Below are positions 46,674-57,221 of a DNA stretch of 64,000 nucleotides, piece by piece. The stretch's first letter is position 1. Each line of letters starts with the position of its first letter. The notes beneath the pieces were generated by a model. The model was not told the DNA's origin, did not search any database, and was given only the letters and a program-made list of their open reading frames with translations. Origin of the DNA: Alphaproteobacteria bacterium (lineage in GTDB: Bacteria > Pseudomonadota > Alphaproteobacteria > RF32 > CAG-239); assembly GCA_015062305.1 (NCBI GenBank), contig SUUX01000005.1:21741-85740 (forward strand), given 5' to 3'. The translations under genes and the position numbers were made by a program.

Positions 46674-47804
46674 ATGTTAATTTTTTCCAGAACGAATCGG
46701 GGAATACTTGCCAACTGGTGGTGGACAGTTGATAAACCTTTGTTGACAATGATTTCGACCTTGATTGTTTTGGGTGCTTTTTTGACTTTTTCGGCTTCTC
46801 CTGCCGTGGCCAACAGAATAGGAGAAGGGACGTTTCATTTTATTGCTAAGCAATTTATATTTTTGCCAATTGCAACCGTGGGAATGTTGGTGTTGTCTAT
46901 GCTCAGTTTGAAGCAGATTAGGCGAGTTGCTGTGTTGGGGTATGTGGTGACAATAATTATGATGATTTTGACACTTTTTTGGGGTGTCGAAATTAAAGGT
47001 GCTAAACGTTGGATAGATTTGGGTTTTTTTAGCTTGCAGGCATCTGAATTTGTGAAGCCCACATTTATTATTGCTGCGGCATGGCTTTTTGAAGGGCAAA
47101 AGAAATATACTGATTTTCCTGGAAATTTGCTGTCTATTGGTTTGTATGTTTTTACCTTGGCTTTGTTGTTGTTGCAACCTGATGTTGGTATGTCAATTGT
47201 ATTGACACTAATTTGGGGGTTTCAGTTCTTTTTGGCCGGTTTGCCTTGGATTTTGGTGGGCGGTTTTTTGTTGTTGATTTTGGTGGCTGCCGGAGGTGTG
47301 TATGTGTTTTTTCCGCATGTGCAAGCACGAGTACAACAGTTTTTGGCCGATGGAAATAATTTGAGTTATCAAGTTAAGCGCTCTTTGGAGGCTTTTGAAA
47401 AAGGTGGTTTTTGGGGTGTCGGCCCTGGTGAGGGTGTGGTGAAAATGTATATCCCTGATGCACATACGGATTTTATTTTTGCGGTGGCAGCAGAAGAATA
47501 TGGAATGCTTTTGTGTCTATTGATTGTGGGGTTGTATGCCGGTATTGTGATTAGGTCTTTTATGATATCGGGTAAAGATAATAATTTGTTTATAATATTG
47601 GCAACTTGCGGTTTGGCAGCAAGTTTGGGTTTGCAAGGCATTATTAATATGGCATCTACATTACATTTGGGGCCAACAAAGGGAATGGCTTTGCCTTTTA
47701 TTTCTTATGGCGGGTCTTCTTTGTTGGCAGCTGCAGGTGGAATGGGAATGTTATTGGCTATTACTCGCAAAAATGTGCATGCGGAGGATCAAGATGAAAA
47801 CTGA
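46674..47804 (+). CDS. ftsW: SEDS peptidoglycan polymerase FtsW
   Basis: GAKRWI, QASEFVK, QPDVG, PDAHTDFIF, PFISYGGSS. Confidence 0.95.
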   Translation: MLIFSRTNRGILANWWWTVDKPLLTMISTLIVLGAFLTFSASPAVANRIGEGTFHFIAKQFIFLPIATVGMLVLSMLSLKQIRRVAVLGYVVTIIMMILTLFWGVEIKGAKRWIDLGFFSLQASEFVKPTFIIAAAWLFEGQKKYTDFPGNLLSIGLYVFTLALLLLQPDVGMSIVLTLIWGFQFFLAGLPWILVGGFLLLILVAAGGVYVFFPHVQARVQQFLADGNNLSYQVKRSLEAFEKGGFWGVGPGEGVVKMYIPDAHTDFIFAVAAEEYGMLLCLLIVGLYAGIVIRSFMISGKDNNLFIILATCGLAASLGLQGIINMASTLHLGPTKGMALPFISYGGSSLLAAAGGMGMLLAITRKNVHAEDQDEN

Positions 47805-48897
47805 ACAGAAAAATAAATTAATTGTTTTGACAGCAGGAGGAACAGGAGGTCATGTATATCCTGCAGAAGCATTGGCTGAAGAGTTGGAAAAAAGAGGATA
47901 TGCTTTGATGTTGGTTACGGACAAGCGAGGCAAAAACAATTATAAAGGAAGACTTGGTCAAATGCCAAATGTGGCGGTATTGTCTGGTGGTGTGGTTGGA
48001 AAATCTAAGTTGTTTAAATTACAAAGTTTGCTTAAAACAGCATTGGGAACACTGCAAGCTCTTTGGGTGTTGTATCGAAATAAGCCGGTGTGTGTGGTTG
48101 GGTTTGGCGGATATGCTTCTTTTCCGGCTTCGGTTGCCGCAATTTTGTCGGGAACAGATTTGGTTATTCATGAACAAAATTCTGTAATGAGTAGGACTAA
48201 CAGATTTTTGAGTAAGTATGCAGAAATTGTGGCTCAGAGTTTTAGGAAGGTTAAATATGCTCCATCGGAGGAGAAAACAGTATTGTGTGGTATGCCGGTG
48301 AGAGCTGCAATTGTAGAAGCAGCAAAAAAAGGTTATCCGACATTAAAAGAAAATGATAAATTGCAGATATTGGTGTTGGGCGGAAGTCAAGGAGCTAAAA
48401 TATTTGGCGATGTTATACCTGCTGCAATTGCAAAATTAGGAAAAAAGCAAGCCGCAAAAATTAGGATCTATCAGCAATGCAGAGTTGGACAAGAAAATGA
48501 AATTGCCGCAGCTTATGAGGGAACAGGTGTAGAATTGGTGGTGAAACACTTTTTTGAAAATATGGATGAATTGTATGCCGGTTCTCATATTGTTATATCT
48601 AGAGCAGGTGCTTCTTCGGTGTCTGAAATTGCAGTGGTGGGGGTTCCTTCAATCTTGGTGCCTTTGCCAACGGCAGCAGATGATCATCAGACATCTAATG
48701 CTGTCGAAATTGCAGATGCCGGAGCAGGGATTGTGATTAAACAAAAAGAATTTTCTCCGGATAGATTGAAAAAAGTAATAGAAGAATGGGCAGGGGATTA
48801 TTGTAAACTAAAGTTGATGTCTGAGGCAGCACAGAAGGTTTCGATAAAAGATGCGGCTAAAAGATTGGCAGATGCTATTGAAAAGAAAATAAGTTAG
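47794..48897 (+). CDS. murG: Lipid I GlcNAc transferase
   Basis: GGTGGHVYPA, GFGGY, HEQN, GGSQGA, RAGASS, DDHQTSN; start ATG 47794. Confidence 0.96.
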   Translation: MKTEQKNKLIVLTAGGTGGHVYPAEALAEELEKRGYALMLVTDKRGKNNYKGRLGQMPNVAVLSGGVVGKSKLFKLQSLLKTALGTLQALWVLYRNKPVCVVGFGGYASFPASVAAILSGTDLVIHEQNSVMSRTNRFLSKYAEIVAQSFRKVKYAPSEEKTVLCGMPVRAAIVEAAKKGYPTLKENDKLQILVLGGSQGAKIFGDVIPAAIAKLGKKQAAKIRIYQQCRVGQENEIAAAYEGTGVELVVKHFFENMDELYAGSHIVISRAGASSVSEIAVVGVPSILVPLPTAADDHQTSNAVEIADAGAGIVIKQKEFSPDRLKKVIEEWAGDYCKLKLMSEAAQKVSIKDAAKRLADAIEKKIS

Positions 48898-48913
48898 AAT
48901 TGGGGAGGCTAAA

Positions 48914-49837
48914 ATGTTTGGTTTGGGCAAAAAAAAGAATGACTTGGTGAAGTTGTTGCCAGAAATTAGGGGAAAATATCTGTGCAATGAACCAATGTCT
49001 AAACATACATGGTTTGCAGTTGGGGGACCAGCTGAGGTTATGTTTTGCCCAAAAGATGATGCTGATTTGAGCTGGTTTTTGAAAGCAAAACCATATAATT
49101 TGCCTATTTGTGTGGTTGGCGGTGGTTCTAATTTGTTGGTTAGAGATGGAGGTATTCCCGGAGTTGTGATTAAGTTGGAGGGGAGCTTTTTTAGGCGATG
49201 GAAGCTTGATGACGGATATATTACATGTGGAGCAGGATTGCGGAATGCAGATTTGAAAAAAATTATGTTGGAAAATAAATTGGGGGGACTTGAGTTTTTG
49301 GTTTCTATTCCCGGACATTTGGGGGGAGCTGTTAAAACAAATGCCGGATGTTTTGGAAAAGAACTCAAGGACGTCTTGCTGCGGGCAACTATTATAAACG
49401 GAGAAGGGGAAATCCGTGAAGTGCCCGCAGATGATTTATCTTTATCTTATCGTAGTAGTTTGTTTCCTGATGATTGGATTATTTTGGCTTTGACGCTGAA
49501 GGTGGAAAATAAGGAGCCGGAAGAAACATTAAAAATCTTAAATGAGCAAAAAAATTATCGTTTGAAAAATCAGCCTCATAATGTAAAGACAGCGGGCTCT
49601 ACGTTTAAGAATCCGGAGGGTTTACGTGCGTGGGAATTGATAAAAAAATCAGGATGTGCCGATTTGCATATTAATGGTGCAAAGGTTTCTGAAAAACATT
49701 GTAATTTTTTGGTTAACGCAAATGGGGCAACAGCCGCTGATATTGAGTTGCTGGGTGAAACAATTGTTGCAAAAGTGAAAGAAAAAACTTCTATTGTATT
49801 GGAATGGGAAGTAAAAAGATTGGGTATTAATAAATAA
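48914..49837 (+). CDS. murB: UDP-N-acetylenolpyruvoylglucosamine reductase
   Basis: VGGPA, GGGSNLLVRDGG, IPGxLGGA..NAG, SYR, GSTFKNP, KHCNF, LEWEV. Confidence 0.95.
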   Translation: MFGLGKKKNDLVKLLPEIRGKYLCNEPMSKHTWFAVGGPAEVMFCPKDDADLSWFLKAKPYNLPICVVGGGSNLLVRDGGIPGVVIKLEGSFFRRWKLDDGYITCGAGLRNADLKKIMLENKLGGLEFLVSIPGHLGGAVKTNAGCFGKELKDVLLRATIINGEGEIREVPADDLSLSYRSSLFPDDWIILALTLKVENKEPEETLKILNEQKNYRLKNQPHNVKTAGSTFKNPEGLRAWELIKKSGCADLHINGAKVSEKHCNFLVNANGATAADIELLGETIVAKVKEKTSIVLEWEVKRLGINK

Positions 49838-49846
49838 AAAGATAAC

Positions 49847-50722
49847 ATGACTGATAAAACTGATAATGTAACAAACAAACAAGTAAAGACACCCAAGCTT
49901 CTGAAGCCAGCTAATGAGTGGCCTTTACGCATGGTTGGAACAATTTTAGTATTGTCAGTGATTGTTTTTCTTGCTGGAACAATATTGTTTTTTAAGAATG
50001 ATGTTTTGGGCAAGCAGTTGGACAAGATGATGGTTTCACTGTATGATTGGTGTGGTCAGCAGGGAATGGTTTTGAGTGATGTTGTTGTTTCTGGTCGAGG
50101 GCGAACATCTAAGGAAGATGTTGAAAAAGCCGTGGCGGTGAATCGTGGCGATAACATGCTGAAAATGGATATATATGGCATGAAAACCAGATTGGAAGAA
50201 TTGCCGTGGGTGCAAGAAGCTGTTGTTAGACGAAGTTTTTTTCCAAATGTTTTGAATGTGGAATTGGTGGAAAAACAAGTAAAAGCAATTTGGCAAATTA
50301 ATGAAAAATTTTATCCATTGGATAGTGAGGGAAAGATAATAAATGCAGAATTTAAAATAGATGCACCGATATTGTTGATTGTTGGAGCCGGAGCTCCGGA
50401 TAATTTTAAAAATTTGATGGAGGCTCTCCGGGATGGGGATAAAGATTATATTGAACGAGTAAAGGTGGCTAATTTTATTTCTGGTAGACGTTGGAATTTG
50501 ATACTTGATGATATCAGACATGGTGTAACGATTAAGTTGCCGGAAGAAGATATTGCTAAAGCGTGGAAAAAATTGGTGCATTTAGATGAAAAAAAAGGTA
50601 TCTTTAAGCGTAAATTAACCATCATTGATTTAAGATTACCTAACAAGGTTATTGTAAAACTGCGTAAGGGCGTGGTTGATGATTCTGCAGGACTTGCTGG
50701 TGCTGTGGAACATAGGATATAA
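49847..50722 (+). CDS. ftsQ: Cell division protein FtsQ
   Basis: One TM segment, POTRA (LEELPWV..A.VRR.FP), RRWNL, IDLRLP. Confidence 0.92.
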   Translation: MTDKTDNVTNKQVKTPKLLKPANEWPLRMVGTILVLSVIVFLAGTILFFKNDVLGKQLDKMMVSLYDWCGQQGMVLSDVVVSGRGRTSKEDVEKAVAVNRGDNMLKMDIYGMKTRLEELPWVQEAVVRRSFFPNVLNVELVEKQVKAIWQINEKFYPLDSEGKIINAEFKIDAPILLIVGAGAPDNFKNLMEALRDGDKDYIERVKVANFISGRRWNLILDDIRHGVTIKLPEEDIAKAWKKLVHLDEKKGIFKRKLTIIDLRLPNKVIVKLRKGVVDDSAGLAGAVEHRI

Positions 50723-50731
50723 GAGGAAAAA

Positions 50732-51991
50732 ATGGGAACACATTCGTTTAATAGAGCGACAACCATAGCTGCTTTGGATATTGGATCATCTAAAGTTTGC
50801 TGTGTTATTGCAAAAATAGGTCGTGATAAACGAATTAATGTTGTCGGATATGGGTGCAATGCGGCTAAAGGGATAAAAAATGGAGTGGTTACAGATATTA
50901 ATCAGGCCACAATATCTGTTGGAAACGCTGTTGATGCTGCAGAGCAGATGGCTAATGAAAGAATTAACCGTGTAATTGTTAATGTATCCGGAGATAAAAT
51001 TAAGAGTGTTATTAAAACATCGACAATAGCATTAAGTCGTAATCGTCCTGTAAATGAGGGTGATTTGGTGAAAGTTGTTGATAAGGGAATACATAAAATT
51101 AATGTTGAAGGATGTGAGCTAATTCATTGTTTGCCAACGAATTATCGTTTGGATAGCGGAGAAGATATTAAAGACCCTCGAAATATTTTTGGAGAGAATC
51201 TGTCAGTTGATATTTTGTTGGGTTCTGTGCCGGATATTCAGTATAGAAATGTGTCTAATGTTGTTGGAAATGCAACGTTGGAAATTGCCGGAAAGGCCTT
51301 TTCGTCTTATGCATCAGGATTGGCGTGTTTGGTTGATGACGAGAGAGAGCTTGGCGCTACCGTGATTGATATGGGAGGAGGAACCACCTCAATTGCTTGT
51401 TTTAAGCATGGGTTTCCATTTTATTTTGCGTCATTGCCGGTTGGCGGAAATAATGTTACAAATGATATTGCATATGGTTTGACCACGTCATTTTCTCATG
51501 CAGAGAGGTTGAAAGTTTTGCATGGGTGTGCTTTTTTGAGCAGCCAAGATAATGAAGAAACAATTAATGTGTATCCGGTTGGTGAAGAAGATGATAGTTG
51601 TATAAAACAAATTCCCAGAGCAGAGCTGATTAGTATTATAACACCCCGTATTGAGGAAACTTTTGAAATGGTGAATCGTAAATTGGCAGAAGCTGGTTTG
51701 CAGGATATATCTAGTCATAGAGTTGTTTTGACAGGTGGGGCTTCTCAGTTAGCAGGGGTGCGAGAAATTGCGTCGATTGTTTTGGATAAACAAGTTCGTT
51801 TAGGACGCCCTAAAAATATTTTAAATCTGCCAGATAAATTATGTGGTGCATCTTATTCCACATGCATAGGATTGTTGCTTTTTGCTCTGAATTATACTGA
51901 AAGAAAGCCGGGGAAAGTGGTGAATAAGCCTGTGCGTAATGGTGATAGTGGATTAGGCAAAGTGTTTTCTTGGTTGAAGCAAAATTTTTAG
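50732..51991 (+). CDS. ftsA: Cell division protein FtsA
   Basis: LDIGSSKV, IDMGGGTT, VGGNNVTNDIA, VLTGGASQL. Confidence 0.95.
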   Translation: MGTHSFNRATTIAALDIGSSKVCCVIAKIGRDKRINVVGYGCNAAKGIKNGVVTDINQATISVGNAVDAAEQMANERINRVIVNVSGDKIKSVIKTSTIALSRNRPVNEGDLVKVVDKGIHKINVEGCELIHCLPTNYRLDSGEDIKDPRNIFGENLSVDILLGSVPDIQYRNVSNVVGNATLEIAGKAFSSYASGLACLVDDERELGATVIDMGGGTTSIACFKHGFPFYFASLPVGGNNVTNDIAYGLTTSFSHAERLKVLHGCAFLSSQDNEETINVYPVGEEDDSCIKQIPRAELISIITPRIEETFEMVNRKLAEAGLQDISSHRVVLTGGASQLAGVREIASIVLDKQVRLGRPKNILNLPDKLCGASYSTCIGLLLFALNYTERKPGKVVNKPVRNGDSGLGKVFSWLKQNF

Positions 51992-52090
51992 TTTTTTTCA
52001 AAAAAAAATATGTTGGTAACCAAAACTTAAGGTATTGTGTTTTATCCTAAAGGTAATATGAAATCTTAGGTTTTGGGAGAAATTTATACA

Positions 52091-53773
52091 ATGTCAATTA
52101 AATTAGCTGTTCCAGATAAAAATGTTATGCAATTGAAACCTCGAATCTCTGTTATTGGTGTCGGCGGCGGTGGTGGTAATGCCGTCAATAATATGATATC
52201 TCAAAACTTAGAGGGAATCGATTTTATTGTAGCAAACACAGATGCTCAAGCTTTGGAAAACTCTAAGACGAATCGTAGGATTCAGCTTGGTTTAGAGACA
52301 ACTAAAGGTTTGGGCGCAGGAGCCCGTCCAGAGGTTGGGCGTTTGTCTGCAGAAGAAGCAAGAGAAGAAATTGAGCGTGAGCTTGATGGTGCAAATATGG
52401 TGTTTATTACTGCCGGTATGGGTGGTGGTACAGGTTCCGGTGCTGCTCCTGTTGTAGCAAAAATTGCAAAAGATAAAGGTATACTTACGGTTGGTGTGGT
52501 AACAAAGCCTTTTCAGTTTGAAGGCAAAAAACGTTATGAAACAGCAGAAAAAGCATTAGAAGAGTTTACTAAAGAAGTTGATAGTATCATTGTTATTCCA
52601 AACCAAAATCTATTTAGAATCGCAGATAAAAAAACCACATTGGTAGATGCTTTTGTGATGGCTGATAATGTGTTGTATGCAGGTGTGCGTTCTATTACAG
52701 ATTTGATGATGATGCCTGGTCTTATTAACTTGGACTTTGCCGATATAAAATCTATTATGGAAGATAAAGGTAAAGCAATAATGGGAACAGGAGAGGCCGA
52801 AGGTGAGGATAGAGCTATTAAAGCTGCAGAACAGGCTTTGGCAAATCCTCTATTAGATGATTGTTCTATGCATGGGGCCAAAGGTGTTTTGATAAATATT
52901 ACCGGTGGTTCTGATATTACATTGTTTGAAATTGATGAGGCAGCTAGCAGAATCAAGGAAGAAGTTGATGATGATGCTAATATTATTTTCGGTTCTAGTT
53001 TTGATGACACATTAGATGGTAAAATTAGGGTATCTATTGTTGCTACAGGTATTGAAGGTGAAGGTATTAAAAGAAACCAGTTTTCTCCAGTGTTGAAAAA
53101 ACAAGAAGAGCCTGCGGTTAGAATTGAGCCAGAAGTTGCAGCAACTCCAAGAGAGGTTGTTGCCACCAATTTGGAAACATTTGCAGCTGTTAGGCCAGTA
53201 GATATAGAAAATGTTGTTAATATTATTGAAGAGGCAACGGTAGCTCCTTTGAGTGTGGCTGAAAGTGAGCCGGAAGTTGTTTCTGCCGTATCAAATGAAG
53301 TGCAACCGGTGAAGTTTAATGATTTTGATATGATAGAGAGATCTACTGTATTGGAAGATATGCCAAATGCAACTTCTTTGTTTAAGGCTATTATTAATAA
53401 GTCTGACGACATGAACGAGGTTTCTCAAATGGAAACAGCATTGTCCTCAGCAGAAAATAATTTTAGGCCAAAGAGTTCTCTTCGTGTTGTGGAAGAAGAA
53501 CCTGAATTATTCCCTGAGCATGCTAGTAATGTAGTGTTGCCTAGAAGGCAGGAAGAACCTGAGCAATTGATAAAGAGCTCTGAAGAAGAGGAGGAACATA
53601 TTCCGACTTTTATTGAAAGAGTTACAGGTTTTTCTATCGCTAAAAGAAATCGTAAAAAATTGAAAGAGACTGAACGTGTTCAAGAGCCTGTTTCTTCATC
53701 TTTTGCAAGTGATGATTATGGGACGGAAGATCGCTTGAATTTGGAAATTCCTTCATTTTTACGCCGTAGATAG
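52091..53773 (+). CDS. ftsZ: Cell division protein FtsZ (long alphaproteobacterial linker)
   Basis: [25 protein letters not shown]-terminal LEIPSFLRR; start ATG 52091. Confidence 0.97.
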   Translation: MSIKLAVPDKNVMQLKPRISVIGVGGGGGNAVNNMISQNLEGIDFIVANTDAQALENSKTNRRIQLGLETTKGLGAGARPEVGRLSAEEAREEIERELDGANMVFITAGMGGGTGSGAAPVVAKIAKDKGILTVGVVTKPFQFEGKKRYETAEKALEEFTKEVDSIIVIPNQNLFRIADKKTTLVDAFVMADNVLYAGVRSITDLMMMPGLINLDFADIKSIMEDKGKAIMGTGEAEGEDRAIKAAEQALANPLLDDCSMHGAKGVLINITGGSDITLFEIDEAASRIKEEVDDDANIIFGSSFDDTLDGKIRVSIVATGIEGEGIKRNQFSPVLKKQEEPAVRIEPEVAATPREVVATNLETFAAVRPVDIENVVNIIEEATVAPLSVAESEPEVVSAVSNEVQPVKFNDFDMIERSTVLEDMPNATSLFKAIINKSDDMNEVSQMETALSSAENNFRPKSSLRVVEEEPELFPEHASNVVLPRRQEEPEQLIKSSEEEEEHIPTFIERVTGFSIAKRNRKKLKETERVQEPVSSSFASDDYGTEDRLNLEIPSFLRRR

Positions 53774-53809
53774 GTTAATACTAGAAGAATTATTATAAGT
53801 ATAAACCAC

Positions 53810-53842
53810 AAAAAGAACCGATGTATGTCGGTTCTTTTTTTT
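53810..53842. terminator. Bidirectional terminator between ftsZ and hdaA
   Basis: aaaaagaaccga/tcggttcttttt. Confidence 0.8.
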
Positions 53843-54577
53843 TTAAAACAAACTACCTTGAAGAGGAGGGGTGTTTAGGGTGGTAAGTGCTTCTTTGACA
53901 ATTGAAATACTAATGGCTCTTTTGCGTGTGAGAGATATATTATCAATTTCTGCAACTAATTTGCGGGCTGTTTCAAAAGAACGTTGCATATTGGCTAGCA
54001 TATAGCTTATTATCTCTGGAGCAGGCATGATTTGTCTGTCTACAAATAGTTTAACTAAAAGTGCAGATAAAAGATCATCATCTGGTTCTTTAATTTCGAT
54101 AGTAGGAACGATGTTCATTCTGGAGCGCAAGTCTGGAAGCTTAAAATTTAGTCTGGCAGGAGGGTTAGATGAGGTAAATAATATGTTGCCTCCTTCGTCT
54201 CTATACATATTGTATAGATGAAACAGAGCTTCTTCGTTGCGCAAGTTTTCTAAATTTTCAATAATTAGACATTTATGCTGTTCAAACAATTTGTGAATTT
54301 TGTTTATGGTTAACTGTTCGGCTCTAATAAATGGTATGCGATACGGAAAATTTGTCAGATTAGAAATATTGTTTGCAAAAACATTTGCCAAATGGGTTTT
54401 TCCGCATCCGGTAGGGCCGTATATGCAGAGAGCAAAATATGACCAATTGGGCCATTGTTCTACCATAGTAACAGCTTGTTTATTGCAAGGAGATACTAAA
54501 AAATCTTCTCTTCCTAAACTGGGAAGATGTGGAAAATCTAGCACTAATTGCATTATGTTTGAATCTTGCTTTGTCAT
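53843..54577 (-). CDS. hdaA: DnaA regulatory inactivator HdaA
   Basis: N-terminal clamp-binding QLVLDF, GPTGCGKTHL, LFHLYN, LPDLRSR. Confidence 0.9.
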   Translation of the reverse strand: MTKQDSNIMQLVLDFPHLPSLGREDFLVSPCNKQAVTMVEQWPNWSYFALCIYGPTGCGKTHLANVFANNISNLTNFPYRIPFIRAEQLTINKIHKLFEQHKCLIIENLENLRNEEALFHLYNMYRDEGGNILFTSSNPPARLNFKLPDLRSRMNIVPTIEIKEPDDDLLSALLVKLFVDRQIMPAPEIISYMLANMQRSFETARKLVAEIDNISLTRKRAISISIVKEALTTLNTPPLQGSLF

Positions 54578-54578
54578 C

Positions 54579-57221
54579 TTAGTTTCTATTTAAGACATCA
54601 AAAACCTTAGCTGTCAAGTCACCTAAGCTATATGGTTTGGTGATAAAATCAAAATCATCAAAATTTTCAAGCTCTTGACGAACAATTTCTTCTGAATATC
54701 CTGAGGCTAAAATTACTTTTAGATGAGGTGTTTGTTCTTTTAGAGTTTTGGTAAGTTCTGCACCACTCATGCCAGGCATTACCATATCTGTAACCATAAG
54801 ATCGAAATGTTCATTATTATTAGTGTGTTCTAAGGCATTTTCAGCAGAGTTACAACCAATTACTTCGTAGCCTTTCTTTTGAAGGGCTCTAACAGCGAAT
54901 GTGCGGACAGAATCTTCATCTTCTACAAATAAAATGCGTGCAGGTTTAGCTGGGGCAGTATGGGTTCTATCGATGGTGTTTGATACGTTTAGCCCAACTA
55001 TTATTTTTTGATTGATATTGACAGGAGGGGCAATTTTTTCTTGTACTTTTAATATAGGGGTGCCGTTATGATCGGTTATAATTTCTTGATTGTCGGATGT
55101 GGAATCTGCATCATTATTGGTTTCAAAACGAGGAAGAAAAATTGAGAAAGTGGTGCCAGTGCCTACGATGCTGGATACTTGTATGAAGCCTTCGGTTTGG
55201 CGAACGATACCATATACCATTGCCAATCCAAGACCTGTACCAGAGCCGACAATGTTTTCCTTGGTGGAGAAAAAGGGGTCAAAAATGCGAGATAAATTCT
55301 CCGGAGGTATTCCACATCCGTTGTCGCTAACATCGATAACAACAAAGTCTCCGGGTTTGATTGTATCTCCTCCAAAACGATGGCTTTCGTGTAAGGTTTC
55401 TGTGCGGGTGCTAATAGTTAGTAAGCCGTTGCCGTTCATGGCATCTTTTGCATTTACGGCCAAATTGATGATTACTTGTGAAAATTGTACCGGATCTACT
55501 TTTATGAAACCAAGCTCACTTCCATGGTGGAATTTTAGGGTTATTTGTTCGCCTAAAATGCGTTTTAGCATATGGCTGAGTTCGGCAAAGTTATCTGTGA
55601 CATCTATGAGTTTGGGTTGTAGGGGTTGCTTGCGAGAAAAGGCTAATAGTTGGCGCACAAGGCCTGCTGCTCTGTTTGCATTTTGTTTTATTTGGATTAG
55701 GTCTGCAAATGAGGGATCTCCAACACCGTGACGCTGCAATAGTAAATCAGTGAAACCGATCATGGCTGTCAGAAGATTGTTGAAGTCATGAGCAACTCCA
55801 CCGGCTAATTGTCCGACTGCTTGCATTTTTTGGGCTTGTGCAAATTGTTGCTCTAAAGATTTTTGACGGGTGGTATCTATGATGTAAACAACAAAGCCAT
55901 TGATGGGAGAATTGTATCCAGCATGAAAGTGTTGCATGGAACTTATATACAATGTAGCTACAGAATTTTGGTTTGTGGTTTTGAGGTGTATGTCCATGGT
56001 TATGCTATTTTGCTGGCGTGTCAAAATGTTGTTTAATCCTTGTGAAAGGTTTGTGATGTCATCTGCTTTTATAAATGTTTGTAGCTGGTGCTGAATAATA
56101 TTGTGAGGAGGTTGTTCTATGAAATCGAAGGCAACTTGGTTACCATCGGTAATAACCCCGTCTGTGTTAAGAAATAATATTCCCACAGGGGCATGGTTGA
56201 ACAGCCAACTGATTTTATCTGATGCGGATGATAGGCGTTGTTTTAGTTCATTTTCTCCGGGGAGTTGGTGTAATACAATGCCTCGCATTTTTATTTTATC
56301 ATTTTGGCGGAAGCTGCTTTGCATGACCAAAGTTTCGTGAACTTGTCCATCTGGAGAAGTAAAAAATACGGTGCCTTTCCATAAATCTTTTCTATCGGGT
56401 AAGGAGGTATTGGTAGCTAAGAATTCAGATAAATTATGATTGTTTATATCTGTTGTTGATAATCCGATAAAATCTGCCATGTTGTGGTTGATGTATTCAA
56501 GATTGTAGTCTTTGTCAACGGTATAGAGACCTATGGGCATATAATCAAGAAAATCATGTAGTAATGACGTTTCTTCTTTGAATACATGCTCCATGTTTTT
56601 TTGAGCGGTTATATTGTTTATGCTCCAATAGAAATATGTTTCTTTTTTGATTTTTTTTATAGAAAAAGCGCCATCAAAAATCTCTGGTTTACGTAAGTAC
56701 ATGGGGCGAATAGATATTTCAAACCATTCTAAGTCATTAAATATAAGGTCTTTGGTTGGGGTAAGGACTAAAGATAAGACAACTTTTTCAGAACGAAGGT
56801 TTTTGTATGCTGTTTGCAAACGGAAGAAAGCGGCTTTGTTTGAGGGACCTTCGGCTAGAAAACGTTCTATAAACTTGAGGGTAGGGGTGTCTTTTAATAA
56901 ATCTTTGGCCGGATCGTTTCTTATGATAATATCTCCATTGGGATTTTCAATTTGTCTGGCTTTGAAGTCATTTTTGATAATTTCGTTGGCGAATCCACCA
57001 TAACTTATAGCAGTTTCTCCGGCATCTAAAGTTTTGATGGCTATCATTAGACAGTAGCTGGTGATGAAAACAGTCAAACTGGTTAGTAATAGGTGATGCT
57101 CCGGGTATAATAGAAATAAGATTATTGAAGTGGTCAAAAGCACTAAAGCAAAAGCCAGTTTAATTAAGTTTGATTGCAAAAGTTTGTCCGGGCGACTATT
57201 GGTTTTTGAGCTGCATAACAT
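54579..57221 (-). CDS. cckA: Hybrid histidine kinase CckA
   Basis: Two TM segments, PAS domains, QKMQAVGQLAGGVAHDFNNLLT, NLAVNAKDAM, GTGLGLA, receiver TDMVMP; located after flhB. Confidence 0.92.
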   Translation of the reverse strand: MLCSSKTNSRPDKLLQSNLIKLAFALVLLTTSIILFLLYPEHHLLLTSLTVFITSYCLMIAIKTLDAGETAISYGGFANEIIKNDFKARQIENPNGDIIIRNDPAKDLLKDTPTLKFIERFLAEGPSNKAAFFRLQTAYKNLRSEKVVLSLVLTPTKDLIFNDLEWFEISIRPMYLRKPEIFDGAFSIKKIKKETYFYWSINNITAQKNMEHVFKEETSLLHDFLDYMPIGLYTVDKDYNLEYINHNMADFIGLSTTDINNHNLSEFLATNTSLPDRKDLWKGTVFFTSPDGQVHETLVMQSSFRQNDKIKMRGIVLHQLPGENELKQRLSSASDKISWLFNHAPVGILFLNTDGVITDGNQVAFDFIEQPPHNIIQHQLQTFIKADDITNLSQGLNNILTRQQNSITMDIHLKTTNQNSVATLYISSMQHFHAGYNSPINGFVVYIIDTTRQKSLEQQFAQAQKMQAVGQLAGGVAHDFNNLLTAMIGFTDLLLQRHGVGDPSFADLIQIKQNANRAAGLVRQLLAFSRKQPLQPKLIDVTDNFAELSHMLKRILGEQITLKFHHGSELGFIKVDPVQFSQVIINLAVNAKDAMNGNGLLTISTRTETLHESHRFGGDTIKPGDFVVIDVSDNGCGIPPENLSRIFDPFFSTKENIVGSGTGLGLAMVYGIVRQTEGFIQVSSIVGTGTTFSIFLPRFETNNDADSTSDNQEIITDHNGTPILKVQEKIAPPVNINQKIIVGLNVSNTIDRTHTAPAKPARILFVEDEDSVRTFAVRALQKKGYEVIGCNSAENALEHTNNNEHFDLMVTDMVMPGMSGAELTKTLKEQTPHLKVILASGYSEEIVRQELENFDDFDFITKPYSLGDLTAKVFDVLNRN

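Noticed and set aside
52016-52030. CtrA box upstream of ftsZ (GTAA-N7-TTAA)
   Set aside because: One mismatch in very AT-rich DNA; biologically plausible but not distinguishable from chance without a genome-wide model
52534-53412. 292-aa antisense ORF inside ftsZ and similar shadow ORFs (21813-22466, 55090-55731, 48808-49368)
   Set aside because: Fully overlap well-supported genes on the opposite strand and show no motifs
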